A stretch of DNA of 63,764 nt, counting the filler, from Hyphochytrium catenoides (Eukaryota; Protista; Hyphochytriomycota): NCBI GenBank assembly GCA_900088475.1. It is 16 parts of 16 records of this genome, joined end to end, with 100 filler letters (N's around TTAATTAATTAA, not from the genome) between each part and the next. Parts side by side here need not be neighbours in the genome. Positions count along the whole stretch, not along the records: positions 1 to 21,771 come from FLMG01000772.1; 15 more parts are not named here. The stretch is one strand, 5' to 3'. Both the position numbers and the translations under genes were made by a program. Of the stretch, positions 1 to 11,479 are shown piece by piece (within the stretch, counting starts at the first letter, position 1; each line of letters starts with the position of its first letter). The notes below the pieces were generated by a model. That model was not told where the DNA came from, ran no database searches, and saw only the letters and a list, made by a program, of their open reading frames with translations.

Positions 1-1
1 C

Positions 2-1490
2 CAAGAGATAGATGTAAGGTGGGAGGAGAGTATTGCGCCTGAGCGAGGGACAGCGTACAGGGAAGAAAGTAACAGAAGTAGAGGAGAAATAGCAATAGAC
101 AGAGGGCAACAAGACGGACCTTGCACACAGGAAATGGAGGCAAAGGATGGGAAACTCAAGGAGGTACCTGGCGAGTACAAGAACCAGTCTTTTCGTGAAG
201 ACTTTTCCATCAGGATTGAGGCTTACCTCTTACTGCCCGTAGATCTTCCTCGCAAGTATCGAACAACGATAGTGCCCATGCTGGATGGCTCGGAACTCGT
301 TCGCATCTTTATGTCGAAAAACATCACCTTTGGAAGTCTGCGCCAGTCGTTATTCTCTCGCCTTGCTCCCTTTATCATTGGGCTTCTTCCATTTATCTAC
401 CTTGCCCTTACGTATCGCATGCTAGGAAGGATTATGGGCTCAGGAGATGATAGAGTAGGGAAGCAAGGGAAGCCTTCAGGTAAGCAAAAGAAAGAGAAAG
501 AAGAGAGCATGACGAGCGCAAAACTTGTATTAAGGTTAGAAAGGATGAGAATGACCAAACTAGGAGGTTGTTAATCTTTAAATTACGGGGCGATTGGCAC
601 GCAGAGGATGGATGTTAGCAAGAAGATGTAAGAGGGTGGCTCACTCTTTTGAAGTCTCGGATATTGTCTCTTTTTTACTCACTCTCACCTGTTTGTGCCT
701 GCGTGCAGCTGAAAAGCGTCGCGATCTAGTCGACTTCTCAAAGGTAGCGGGTGTGGACGAGGCCAAGGCTGAGCTGGTAGAGTTGGTAGACTTCCTAAAG
801 AATCCAGCCAAGTATCGCGCAATAGGAGCCAAATTGCCCAAGGGACTTCTGCTCTCTGGTCCATCCGGCACTGGAAAGACTCTTCTCGCCAGAGCTTTAG
901 CGACAGAGGCGGGCGTTCCCTTCATCTCTTGCTCAGCTTCAGATTTTGTAGAAATGTTGGTTGGCCGGGGTGCCGCCCGGATCCGAGATCTTTTTACAAG
1001 GGCGGCGGAGAATGCTCCTTGTATTATCTTTATTGACGAGTTAGACGCCTTAGCAAAGGCTCGAGGTGGTCTGAACAGCAACGATGAGAGGGAACAGACG
1101 CTAAATCAACTGTTAACGGAGATGGACGGCTTCGAGGGACGAGGAGACATCATCGTCGTCGCCGCTACTAATCGACCAGAAGTGCTTGATGCAGCTCTCT
1201 GTAGACCTGGCCGCTTTGACCGTCATGTCGTGGTGGGGCTTCCAGACGAGCAAGGAAGAAAGGAGATTCTGAAGGTTCATACTCAAGGTGTCAAAATTGA
1301 AGGAGTGGTCTTGGATGAAATAGCAAGATGTACGGAGGGGAGGTCCGGTGCAGAACTCGCCAGTTTGGTCAATGATGCAGCGCTGTTGGCGGTAAGATCG
1401 GGAAACGAATCGGTAACCGCTGCACACTTTGCTGCTGCACTGGCTCGTGCCCACAAGGCCAGAACTGCAATGTCCTTTCTCTGGACCTAG
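2..1490 (+). CDS. FtsH-like AAA+ ATPase with TM segment, lacking the C-terminal M41 protease domain; 5'-partial, exons <2..479 and 709..1490
   Basis: Frame is open from nt 2. A phase-1 intron 480..708 (GTAAGC...GTGCAG) joins ORF 134..574 to ORF 594..1490. Motifs: TM ([16 protein letters not shown]), [11 protein letters not shown], Walker A GPSGTGKT, Walker [53 protein letters not shown] follows the AAA lid with no HExxH. Confidence 0.85.
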
Positions 1491-2508
1491 AATCCAGTGC
1501 ATCTGCCAGTCCGCATTGCTCTTAATTGTGGATACTCTCCCCTCCTCATAGGGCTAGTGTCGCGCAACCTCCCTGGCCCTGCGTCATACCACACCTCTCT
1601 CTCTCTACCGGTTTGCATGCTAAGGTTTAACCAGCCGGTGCTCTCGATCAAGATAGCAGCAACAACTGTCGATAGTATTGAGAGCAGGTTGTCAGTTCTG
1701 GTGTGATCTCTCACCAATTTGAGCTAAGGAAGGCCTGTTCAACGGCCCTGCTGGATCTCTAGAACTCTTGCGGAAGGTGGGCCAAACCACTCAGCTCGCT
1801 TAGGAAAACGTTCTTACTATTAGGATAATAAGTAACAGCTTGCAGCGATCTGACCTAGGCAGCGGAAGGAGGAGTGCTTTTCCGTGAACACACGTTCTTT
1901 CTACAATTCCACATCTCTCATAGAGCTTTGCCCTGGCTTTGCCATAATTCACGTGAAGGGCACCAGGACAGACATGCTTGCTGTCCAGGAAAGCTTAGCA
2001 CAACTTTGTCTCGCACTTCACAGGGGCACCGATAGGACAGAAGCTAGAGTGGTCAAGGAAAGCAGCGAGGCAAAATTGTTTGAATATCTTTAGCGGAGAC
2101 AGAGTGGGCACTGAGAGGCTGCGAAGAATGATGAAAGGCTGGTTGGATGGTAAGGCAAACAACTTGTCCCGTCGGAACGCCAGCTTATCACTTTAACATC
2201 TCTGGGGTCTCAAGAGTAAGTGACAGTGCCGTTCAGTCCTTTGCTCTATAATAGAAATAGTTATATGTGTCCCACCACTGTCCCAACGGTGGCTTCTGAT
2301 GGATGATTGAACATGACGACCCCATCACTTCGCCTGCTTCCGATCTTTGTGCTCTTTTTCCTATCGTTCTCTGTCTCTTCTCTCGGTTCTGGTTTCTCCT
2401 CTTCTGTCTCTATCTCTCTTCTGTCCCTGTCTCTCTGTCTCTATCTCTCTCCTCTGTCTCTGTCTCTCTCTGTCTCCCTGTCTCTCTCTGTCTCTCTGTC
2501 TCTCCGTG

Positions 2509-2539
<31 letters not shown>

Positions 2540-3322
2540 TCAGCTTTTTCCTCCAACTCAATCATGTCAGAACCATGCGAACGCTGGGTGGTAACACGAG
2601 GGTTATTCACCCCAGAGAACCGAGGTTCATCCCTAATGCTATAAAGGGTGATGCACCTCCATACACCCGCAAGGGAGATGGCTACTACGTTATGATACAG
2701 CAGGGTATTGGATATATTAGCGGCGTATATCCGTTATAGGATTCCGTTATTTGCGTTTATCCAGAATGACCAAGGATATAGAGTTTTCCTTCATGACATG
2801 TGCCGTGTATGTTCAGAACGACTTTCTGCCCGAGGGAAAGATTTCCTTGTCTTGGCGGGGACGAATGGACTTCTGATCCGCCGAAAATACGCCCAGATAT
2901 TAGCTGAACTAGGTGATACGCTAAAGGGCTGGGTATCCCTCGGGGGGAAACTTTGCAGTCTCCTTCGTATTCTCGATTGACTTCTTTGGCTTTTGAGTCG
3001 AGCAGAATTGCCGACCGTCAACACAACAGATGGAGACGGAGGAGAACAGCTCTTGAGACAGAGTGACGAAGAGATAGTGTCAAATTAACAACTAAAGTAT
3101 GGACAAGCACACAGACAGAGCACAGAGCGAGAGGCGCCACGGAGAGCATTGTCCGTGCCAGTGGCTGTCTCCTGCCCAAGAATCTTCCAGAGTGCAAATC
3201 TCCGTGCTCAACGTCAGCTTTATCAGTCAGACCATCCGTGAAGCTCCATTCCCTCTCACACAAATCGCTTCTTACATAGCAGAGCTAGCAGGCTGATCAA
3301 CAAGGACTGCCCTTAAGATACA

Positions 3323-5081
3323 ATGGTGCTCACTAATATGAAGGTTGCCACCAGGGCTATTGGGCTCAAGCAGGTAAGATGAAGAGTTGAGAAGTGATGG
3401 TGACCTGACTATGAAGAGAGCAGAGGGATAGTGAGGGAGCAAGAGAGGCGAGCGTCGGAGAGAAAGAAGAGAGAAACGACGCTGCTTCATTACGCTCCAT
3501 TTCCTCATCCGTGCTTGCCCCCCTCTCTCTACTGTCATGGCAGCTCAAGCAACAGTTTGTTGCTTCTCGCCTTATGTCCACCTCCTCTATTCAACTGAGA
3601 GAGAGACTTGAGCAGCTTGTACCAGAGAAGCAACAGGACTTGGCTGAGCTGAAGAAGCTTCACGGCGCGAAGAAGATTGGAGAAGTTAGCGTAGACCAGG
3701 TATAGCTCTTCTTAGATCGTTAGAAATCCTCTTTCTCTTAATGTACCATAAGCCCCTTCGTGCCGCTCAACTCTGTTTTATGACCTGGATCAGCGGACTT
3801 TCTAGGTTGCGAACATAGCTCGCGCTATGCTTTGGTCTTCTGCACTAAACCACTCTCTCTTCTGTTCCTCAGTGCATCGGTGGAGCTAGAAGTGTCAAGT
3901 GCATGATTTGGGAAACCTCGCTCCTGGACCCAGAGGAGGGCATCAGGTTCCGCGGCTATAGCATCCCTGAGCTGCAAAAGCTTCTCCCTACCCACAAGGG
4001 CAAGGCCGGCGAGGGAGAGCCCCTTCCCGAGGCTCTTCTCTACCTTCTCCTGACGGGAGAAGTTCCCAACAAGAAGCAGGTGGAGGAGATCACCAAGGAC
4101 CTGCACAGCAGAGCCAAGCTGCCTTCCCATGTTGAGCCTCTCCTGAGAAGTCTCCCAAAGTCTATGCATCCAATGACCAAGCTTACCATTGGTGTCAACG
4201 CTCTTCAAACAGAGAGCATTTTTGCTCAGAAGTACGCCGAGGGCATCCACAAGAGCACCTACTGGACCCATGTGTACGAAGATATGATGAATCTTATCGC
4301 TCGCCTCCCTGAGGTGGCTGCGATTATCTATAGGACGAGTTTCAAGGATGGAAAAGTGGCAAAGTACGACAGTTCTCTGGACTACTCCGCCAACTTTGCC
4401 CGTATGCTCGGCTACAAGGACCCCTCTTTCGACGAGCTCATGAGACTGTACCTTGTGATCCATAGTGATCACGAGGGAGGCAACGCTAGTGCGCACACTA
4501 CGCACTTGGTTGGCAGCACGCTGTCCGATCCTTACCTCTCCGTAGCTGCAGGGCTCAATGCTCTCGCTGGCCCTCTTCACGGTCTGGCCAACCAGGAGGT
4601 GCTTGGATGGATCCAGGGTCTTCAAGCCGAGTTTAAGGCGAAGAACAAGCCTGTGAACAAGGACACCATCTCCGAGTACGCTTGGGACACTCTGAAGGCT
4701 GGCAAGGTCATCCCTGGCTATGGCCATGCTGTTCTTAGAAAGACCGACCCTCGTTATACCTCTCAGAGAGAGTTTGCTCTCAAGCACATGCCTGATGACG
4801 AGCTGTTCAAGATTGTTAGCACTGTATACGAAGTCGTCCCTGGCATCCTCACTGAGCACGGAAAGACCAAGAACCCATGGCCTAATGTGGACTCCCACAG
4901 CGGTGTACTGCTCTACCACTACAACTTCACTGAGAAGGACTATTACACCGTCCTCTTCGGTGTCTCCCGTGCTATGGGTGTGCTTGCTCAGCTCTTCTGG
5001 GACCGCGCGTTGGGCTTGCCTCTTGAGAGGCCTAAGTCTGTCACCACTGAATGGATCTGGAAGCAGTTTGGCAAGAACTAG
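3323..5081 (+). CDS. CS: Mitochondrial citrate synthase; exons 3323..3373, 3544..3699, 3873..5081
   Basis: Two phase-0 GT-AG introns (3374..3543, 3700..3872) give [32 protein letters not shown] (targeting-peptide-like)...[31 protein letters not shown]. Catalytic motifs [43 protein letters not shown]. Confidence 0.97.
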
Positions 5082-5727
5082 AAGAAGAGAGGTCTACAGC
5101 TCCATGTCTTGTCCTTAGCTTAGGGTAGGAGAGGGAGTGAGAGAGAGAAAGACAGCAGGCTTTATCTTTAGAGGGTAAACCTGGTGCATTTATAGTTTAA
5201 TATCTTTTTATCACCTTCCACTTCTTCTTGCAGACTGCGCCGGGACCATTTTGCCTTGCATATCTACCTAACGCCTTGGTTGTTTCTCTTGGTAGTGGGG
5301 GTTGGAACGGTCATCGTTATTTGCTTGAAGAAGCAAAGATGGGATTGATAGAGGAGCGTCCCAGTGTGGAGATCTGGGGCTCAAAGCTTATGGCAGGTTG
5401 TGTGGCTAATCGGTCTTTTGATCACAGCAGACCCTGGGCCCCGAAAAGGGCTATTCTCAGAGAAAAGACAGAAGGAGGGAGAAAGGGCAACGATGGTGGC
5501 GGCACGTGTTGCATAGAATAGATCTTCACTGGCTGAGAACCATCCAGGCCAGGAAGAGGTAGAACAAGAAAACTGGGTAGACTCCAAGGAGCCGTTTTTC
5601 GGCGGGAACTAGACTGGACATGAACAGTACGGAAGCTACACAGCGCAAAGTCATGAGTGGAGTAAAAGGAGATATGTTAGCAACAATAATCGGTGCACAG
5701 TGTCCCAGAGTGTACAACAGACTAGCA

Positions 5728-5850
5728 CAGCTGCAGGCTGCATAGAGCAACGAAGTCAGCTGCAAGGCTGCATAAAGCAAACAAGCCAACTGGGAGGCTA
5801 CATAGAGCAAACAAGCTAGCTGCGAGGCTGCATAGAGCAAAAAAGCCAGT
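5728..5850. repeat. ~30-bp tandem repeat, about 4 imperfect copies
   Basis: Recurring AGCTGC(A/G)AGGCTGCATA(G/A)AGCAA(A/C).AAG unit; appears as LLYAASQLAC-like repeats in the minus ORF 5526..5903. Confidence 0.8.
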
Positions 5851-7864
5851 AGAACAGAAGCGGGAGATCGCGCTATAGGCCATAAGGGAGAAAAGGGACC
5901 CACACATACGCCAGTGACATGAGGATAGGCCCAGAGAGGAGGTGTAACAAGGCAGAGAGCAACGTATCAATCAAGAAGGCGGACAACAGCTTACCTCTCA
6001 AGCACCAATAAACGCTCGGGCCAACGAAGGTCAAGCGAAGGAAAAAGTTATTGAGCCCCACCAGCTTCAGAAACAGTACAAAGAAGCATGCCACGTCCAA
6101 CGGGAAGATGCAATAGCCTAGCACGCACAAGCTCTGGAAGAATAGTCTAGATAGTTGGTAAACAGCAAGGGTTAGCGCATATGCTGTCAGCTTTGGAACA
6201 ACACAAAAGAGAGAACAGTTAGCGGCAAACTACAGCATAAGAGCATTCGTACCTGACTGCGAAGGAAGGGCAAAACAGAGAGGAACGCAAGCTTGGGAAT
6301 GAGTAACAGTCGGAGGACCAAGAAGAGCACACATTGCAGACCACAAGGGAAACTGAAGTGGACAGACAAAATGTGAATTCAGGACTTAGGTTAGACTCAC
6401 ATCTTTCCCCCTAAGAGCAGGGCATTGCCTGTCACCACGGCAGCTCCGAACCAGACCACTACGAATATTTCAGTAAAAACGACCTCCATTTGGTTTGACG
6501 GTGCCGTGACGCTTAGCATGCTGACGACGAAGAGATAGAGGTGAGCGAGGGGAATGACCACAGCAGAGACCAGAGATGACTAACAAAAGCCATAGGGCAT
6601 GTGGCATGCATGTGAGGTCACTTTTTGAAAGCAAGGCGTCCTGATGGCAGTAGGAGAAACGGGACTGGGCGTCATCGACACTTAAACTTCTGCAGGACGA
6701 GAGGGAGACAGGAATGGATCAAGATGAACAAAAGCACAGAGAAAGAGAGATAAAGCGGATCAAAGAGAATAGGCACGGCTTACATGGATAAGGACAGACA
6801 AACCAAGAGCGGGCCCCAGAGGTCCCCTGTTCCATAATTGTGAGGAAGGTTGTAGTACCAAGAAGCACGCAAGTAAGGAACGACCAGAATTCCCAGAACG
6901 ACCCCCAAAGGTACAGAAAGCACGAGGGAGGGCAAGAGAAGGCGAGACCGAGGGAGAAGAAAAAGGGAAAGAGAGAGAGACAGAGAGAGAGAGAGAAATG
7001 TAGAATGGGGATTACACAGGCAGCCCACAATCTCAAAAGGCCTCCCAACTAATGAAAGTGAAGCATAAGATACGCGGGATAGAATTGTAAGAGCCTCTTT
7101 CCAGCCGCTCCCTATAACCTACAGTCTCTGAGCTCCTTCAGAGTCTGTGCTGTGGAGCTTTTGGGCCGGAGCACTGTCTTGAGTTTATTCCCTACTAGCC
7201 GTAGGTCACGCATCTGCATAGCGATATACGAGATGCTCAGCTAGTGGACGTACGAAGAGGGCTATGAATTTTGAGAAAGAGCCACAATAGTTAGCGCTTA
7301 GAGAATAGGGAGACATAAAGAAGAGATTACCACGGAGAAGAAAGATTGGCATTGGGAGAGAGGCCAAGAGAGAGACGCACACGCTGTAAAAAGACAGTGA
7401 GAGAAAGAAGAGAGAGAAAGGGGGAAAGAAAGAAGAAGTAAGGAACGGAAGATATAAGGTTCACCATACAATTGTAGTTGACACAGGCTCGTGCAAAGTA
7501 GATGAAGCATCCCGTCCGCCACCGATGGACCCAGTAACCATTAGTCCCGGGTCCGTCGCCCCTGCTACCGTTGTGGGCAGCATCTTCGACGTGTCACAAG
7601 CTCGCCCCCCAAGATACAGGAAGCTCCGAGCGCAGCTCACAGAAGAAAAGCTAGGAGATGGATTCAAGTGCTTAGAACTCAACTGTCTCTAGCCCCGACT
7701 TCAGCCAACTTTGAATAGTGGCTAGCAATCTTGTTGCGAACTGCCTGCCAGGCACCACTTCCAACGAACAACGAGATGGTGCCAAAACAGGCCTCGTTTC
7801 CTTGGTCACCCTGCCTGACTAGTCCTTTAGAGCTTGGATCCAAAGGCAATAGATGGGCCAACTC

Positions 7865-7942
7865 AATAGAAGACACGAGTGAAGACGGCAAGCAGATTGT
7901 CAGAATAGAAGACACGAGTGAAGACGGCAAGCAGATTGTCAG
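7865..7942. repeat. Exact 39-bp tandem duplication
   Basis: AATAGAAGACACGAGTGAAGACGGCAAGCAGATTGTCAG at 7865..7903 and 7904..7942. Confidence 0.9.
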
Positions 7943-9257
7943 GCGATAACAAACAGATGCGCTCTCAGAGCTTGTCTGAAGCTTGGCACCGCTTGCTTTT
8001 TGCTTCCTACTTCCCTATTAGGGTTGTGCGAGTAGACAGACTATCGCTAATAAACAGCGCGAAACTTGCAAAGCCTTGATTGTCCATAAATGTCCGCTAA
8101 CGGGCGAAGCAATCAAGGACGATTTTGCTGATTCTTTCCTTCTGTCGAGACAATAATCTCTGTCTTTGGTCTCGTGCACAATCTTCAAGAAGGAAACGCA
8201 ACGTCAACGTCAAAGCGGTGCTTCTTCTTTTATTTGCATCTTCAAGATATCAACAAAGTTGTTGGCTACGTACCGCCCTGCTGGTCGTGGCTTTCTGCTG
8301 GTTGTCGAGACCATCTTGCTAGGAAACTTGATCACCTCTGCTGGGACAGCTGTGCTGCTGCTGCTGCTGCTGCTGAGATGATTTCAACCTGACATCTTTC
8401 TTCAATTTGCAATTAAAGGACCAGAGGCCCATCCTCGGCGAACTTGTCACAAGTGACGAATTTGAGAAGGTTCTCTTAGAGACACACTAACTGCTTAGAC
8501 ACACTAACTGCCCTGTTGACGACCGCTACCCAGAAGAGGCAGTTAGCTGTGTTAGAAACCTCTGGCGCTCACGAAGGAGAAACGCAGCATCAAAGCGGTA
8601 CCTCAGAGGAGTTGTCGTTCTGAGCTCCTTGAGAAGTTGTGGCTCAATCATCTACCAGAATCAGCCTCAGATAGATGACATCGAGTCTGTAGTTGGCGAT
8701 GTACCGGAGGAGGATTTGATGTATCTGGGTGCTGTACCAGATATATTGCCAAGGCAAAGGCCCCTAAGTGGACCGTACTCTGAACACCTGTATCTATTCT
8801 TCTATCTTCTTCTTCTGTGTACTTGCTATGGTGGTAAGGTACATACTGGAAGACCTGTTGCTCTACACCACCATAAATAAGCTTCTTGTTGTGAGCTTGC
8901 GTCATAAGATTTGTCCCTAGTCATACCTTCTGCTGCCTGTATTATGCGTGGTATAGGTGGCGATATGGATGAAGCTGCCGAGGACATAAGCTACAACTAA
9001 GAGAATGATGCCCTAGATCCTCCCCTGACTCTTGATGAAGAGGCAAGAGTGGAGAGGCAAGAAACAAGGAAAGGGACGGTTGTTAAAAGACTGCATTGCC
9101 TTTACAACAAGAATGCGAAGGCCTCGAGGTCGTAAGCCAAGCAGCTAATAAGCCCAAGCAAATCTTATTAGCTCCTGGATTCGACCCCAGTGTTGACGAG
9201 GATCTACCGAACCGATGAGGAGGCGTCAGCGGTGATGTTGATGCGCTCACCACTCTC

Positions 9258-10250
9258 AAGAAGCCCTTCAAGTTGGCTATAACAACTGAAGGACAGCAGA
9301 TCCGTTTCAAGTTCTTTTCTCTATTGGTTGCGGAGGTATGACGCATCGTTCAACTCTGTCATACTGCTGAAGGTTAACTAGATCGTTCTGAATGCAGTCG
9401 TCCAAGAAGGGTCTCGCTTTTAGCTGGGGTCTTGTGGATAGATGCGTGGTAGAAGCCATTATGGAGTGCAACAAAGAGGCGGAAGAGGAGTCCAAACCGA
9501 AACGGAAACCAGTGAAGATGTACGAGATAAACGAGGAAAGTCTCGAAAGCGCCAAGGCGACTGCCAGACAGGTCTGGCTTTGTCATTCAAAAGGCTTGGC
9601 GGAAGACAAAATGTATAAGACACCTCCTCTTACATACAAAGAGGAGATACGAAGCACTCCAAAGCAGCCCGTAAGTAGGGGGAACACTATTAGAAGTTCC
9701 TGGTTGGGAGCTGGATGACGAAGCCTACAAGTACCACCAGGGAGCCTTATCCTAGGTCCAACATGGAGACTTCCCAGGCCAAGATCTCAGGCACTAATGA
9801 CCTGCAGGCGTCAACGCCTAGGGTCGTGATGAAGTCAGGGCAAAAACAGCAAATGGAGTTGCAGAGGGCTTTGTATGTAAGAGGAGGTGTCTTATACATT
9901 TTGTCTTCCGCCAAGCCTTTTGAACGACAAAGCCAGAATTGTCTGGCAGTCGCCCTGGCGCTTTCGAGACTTTCCTCGTTTATCTCGTACATCTTCACTG
10001 GTCTCCGTTCCGTTTTGGACTCCTCTTCCGCTCTCTTTGTTGTACTCCATAATGGCTTCTACCACGCATCTGTTCACAAGACCCCAGCTAAAAGCGAGAC
10101 CCTTCTTGGACGACTGCATTCAGAACGATCTAGTTAACCTTCAGCAGTGTGACAGAGTTGAACGTTGCGTCATACCTCCGCAACCAATAGAGAAAAGAAC
10201 TTGAAACGGATCTGCTGTCCTTCAGTTATAGCCAACTTGAAGGGCTTCTT
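9258..10250. repeat. Long inverted repeat: arms ~9258..9641 and ~9869..10250, spacer ~230 bp
   Basis: The right arm is the reverse complement of the left with few substitutions and indels; the ORF track shows near-identical peptides on opposite strands (9392..9718+ vs 9892..10119-/9747..9998-). Confidence 0.92.
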
Positions 10251-11479
10251 CGTAGTGCATCAGTGCTCAGGATTCTCCTACTTCTTTGTGCTGCGCTGTC
10301 TGACTACGTTTGAAGCCACCCTCCTCGCGCTAGAGCTTTGTCTCTTTGCGTTTGCCTTGTCAGGCGTCTTCTGCTTCTCTCCCATGGCTGTCCTCTTCTC
10401 TCTCACAGCTTTCTCCAGTTCTTGCTGCCTAGGACTTTTCGATGCCTTTCCAGTGAAAGTGAGGAAGAGGGGAAGGAACCTTTGTTTAGTGTGCTCTGTC
10501 TCCTTTACTTGTATCTTCTTTCTTCTCTATGCAAGAGTACCCAAGGATGTGTGTCAGTACCGCTTTGATCTGTGGAGAGGAGTTGTTGATCAAGCTCCAG
10601 CTGGCGGCCCTCGCCCGTGGAGCTTCTCTCTTTTCGAGTTCCTTCTAAATCGGGGCATCACCATCATTATGTTGACGTTCAAACTCACCTACGGCGTCTT
10701 CAAGCACCCACAAGACTGTGTGATCATCAAGAGCAGGCTCCGCGTGCTGGTGGAGAAGGTCAAGGAAGAGGCGAGTCACCACCTAGAGGAGGAAGAAGAT
10801 TTGCCTTCTTCGCTTCATTCCTCTATCCTTCTTCCCCCTCCTCTTATGTCGAAGCATCAAAGTGGTTGTCCTTCTGCGACTAATGACCGTGGAAGTCCCT
10901 CTCGGCCGGCTCCTTTGGATGATGATAGTCGTCCTGCGAATCTAATAACCGGCGTTGAGAGTAGACGACAACAACAGCGTATGAGCGTCTCCTCAGTAGA
11001 GTAACAACACTTGATGGTGGAGGAGGTGGAAGGAGCGGAGGAGTTATTGACTGCTGGCGGCGGAAGATACCTCTGTAGGGTGGTCGAGCGATCAAATGCC
11101 TTTCATCATCAAGCTTCCATCAGTCAGGGACCTATTGGCGGTGAGTTGATTTGGACGGACCCTAAAGCCACATAGGACCATCACCGGTCTGTCTTCGTTG
11201 TTCTTCTCTATGAGACACCCTTCTTCCGAACCCCCTCTAAGACTGTCCAGGCGCAAAAACTACTGTCTCCTTACTATCCGCTTAGAAGCCCAGGCGGCTC
11301 TCCTTACCGTTTCGGTCGTGAATGGCTTTTGACCTCTATTTGTGAGTTGTTTGTCTATCATTTAGAAGCACTATATAGAGATGTCCTAGATGATAATAAT
11401 GCAAGAGGCTTTGAAGGATAAAGGTCTAGAAAAGAGTCTACTTAAGAAGATGTCCCCCTCCTTGGGCTCGATAATCTTT

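Noticed and set aside
3825-4919. 364-aa ORF antisense to citrate synthase
   Set aside because: Shadow ORF produced by codon bias on the opposite strand; no independent motifs.
5226-9200. Specific retroelement assignment for the stop-rich region
   Set aside because: Looks like decayed coding DNA, but I found no RT, integrase or transposase motif to support a name.
10165-11004. 279-aa ORF as a real gene
   Set aside because: Starts inside the inverted-repeat arm, is compositionally patchy and has no motifs; likely a chance frame in decayed DNA.
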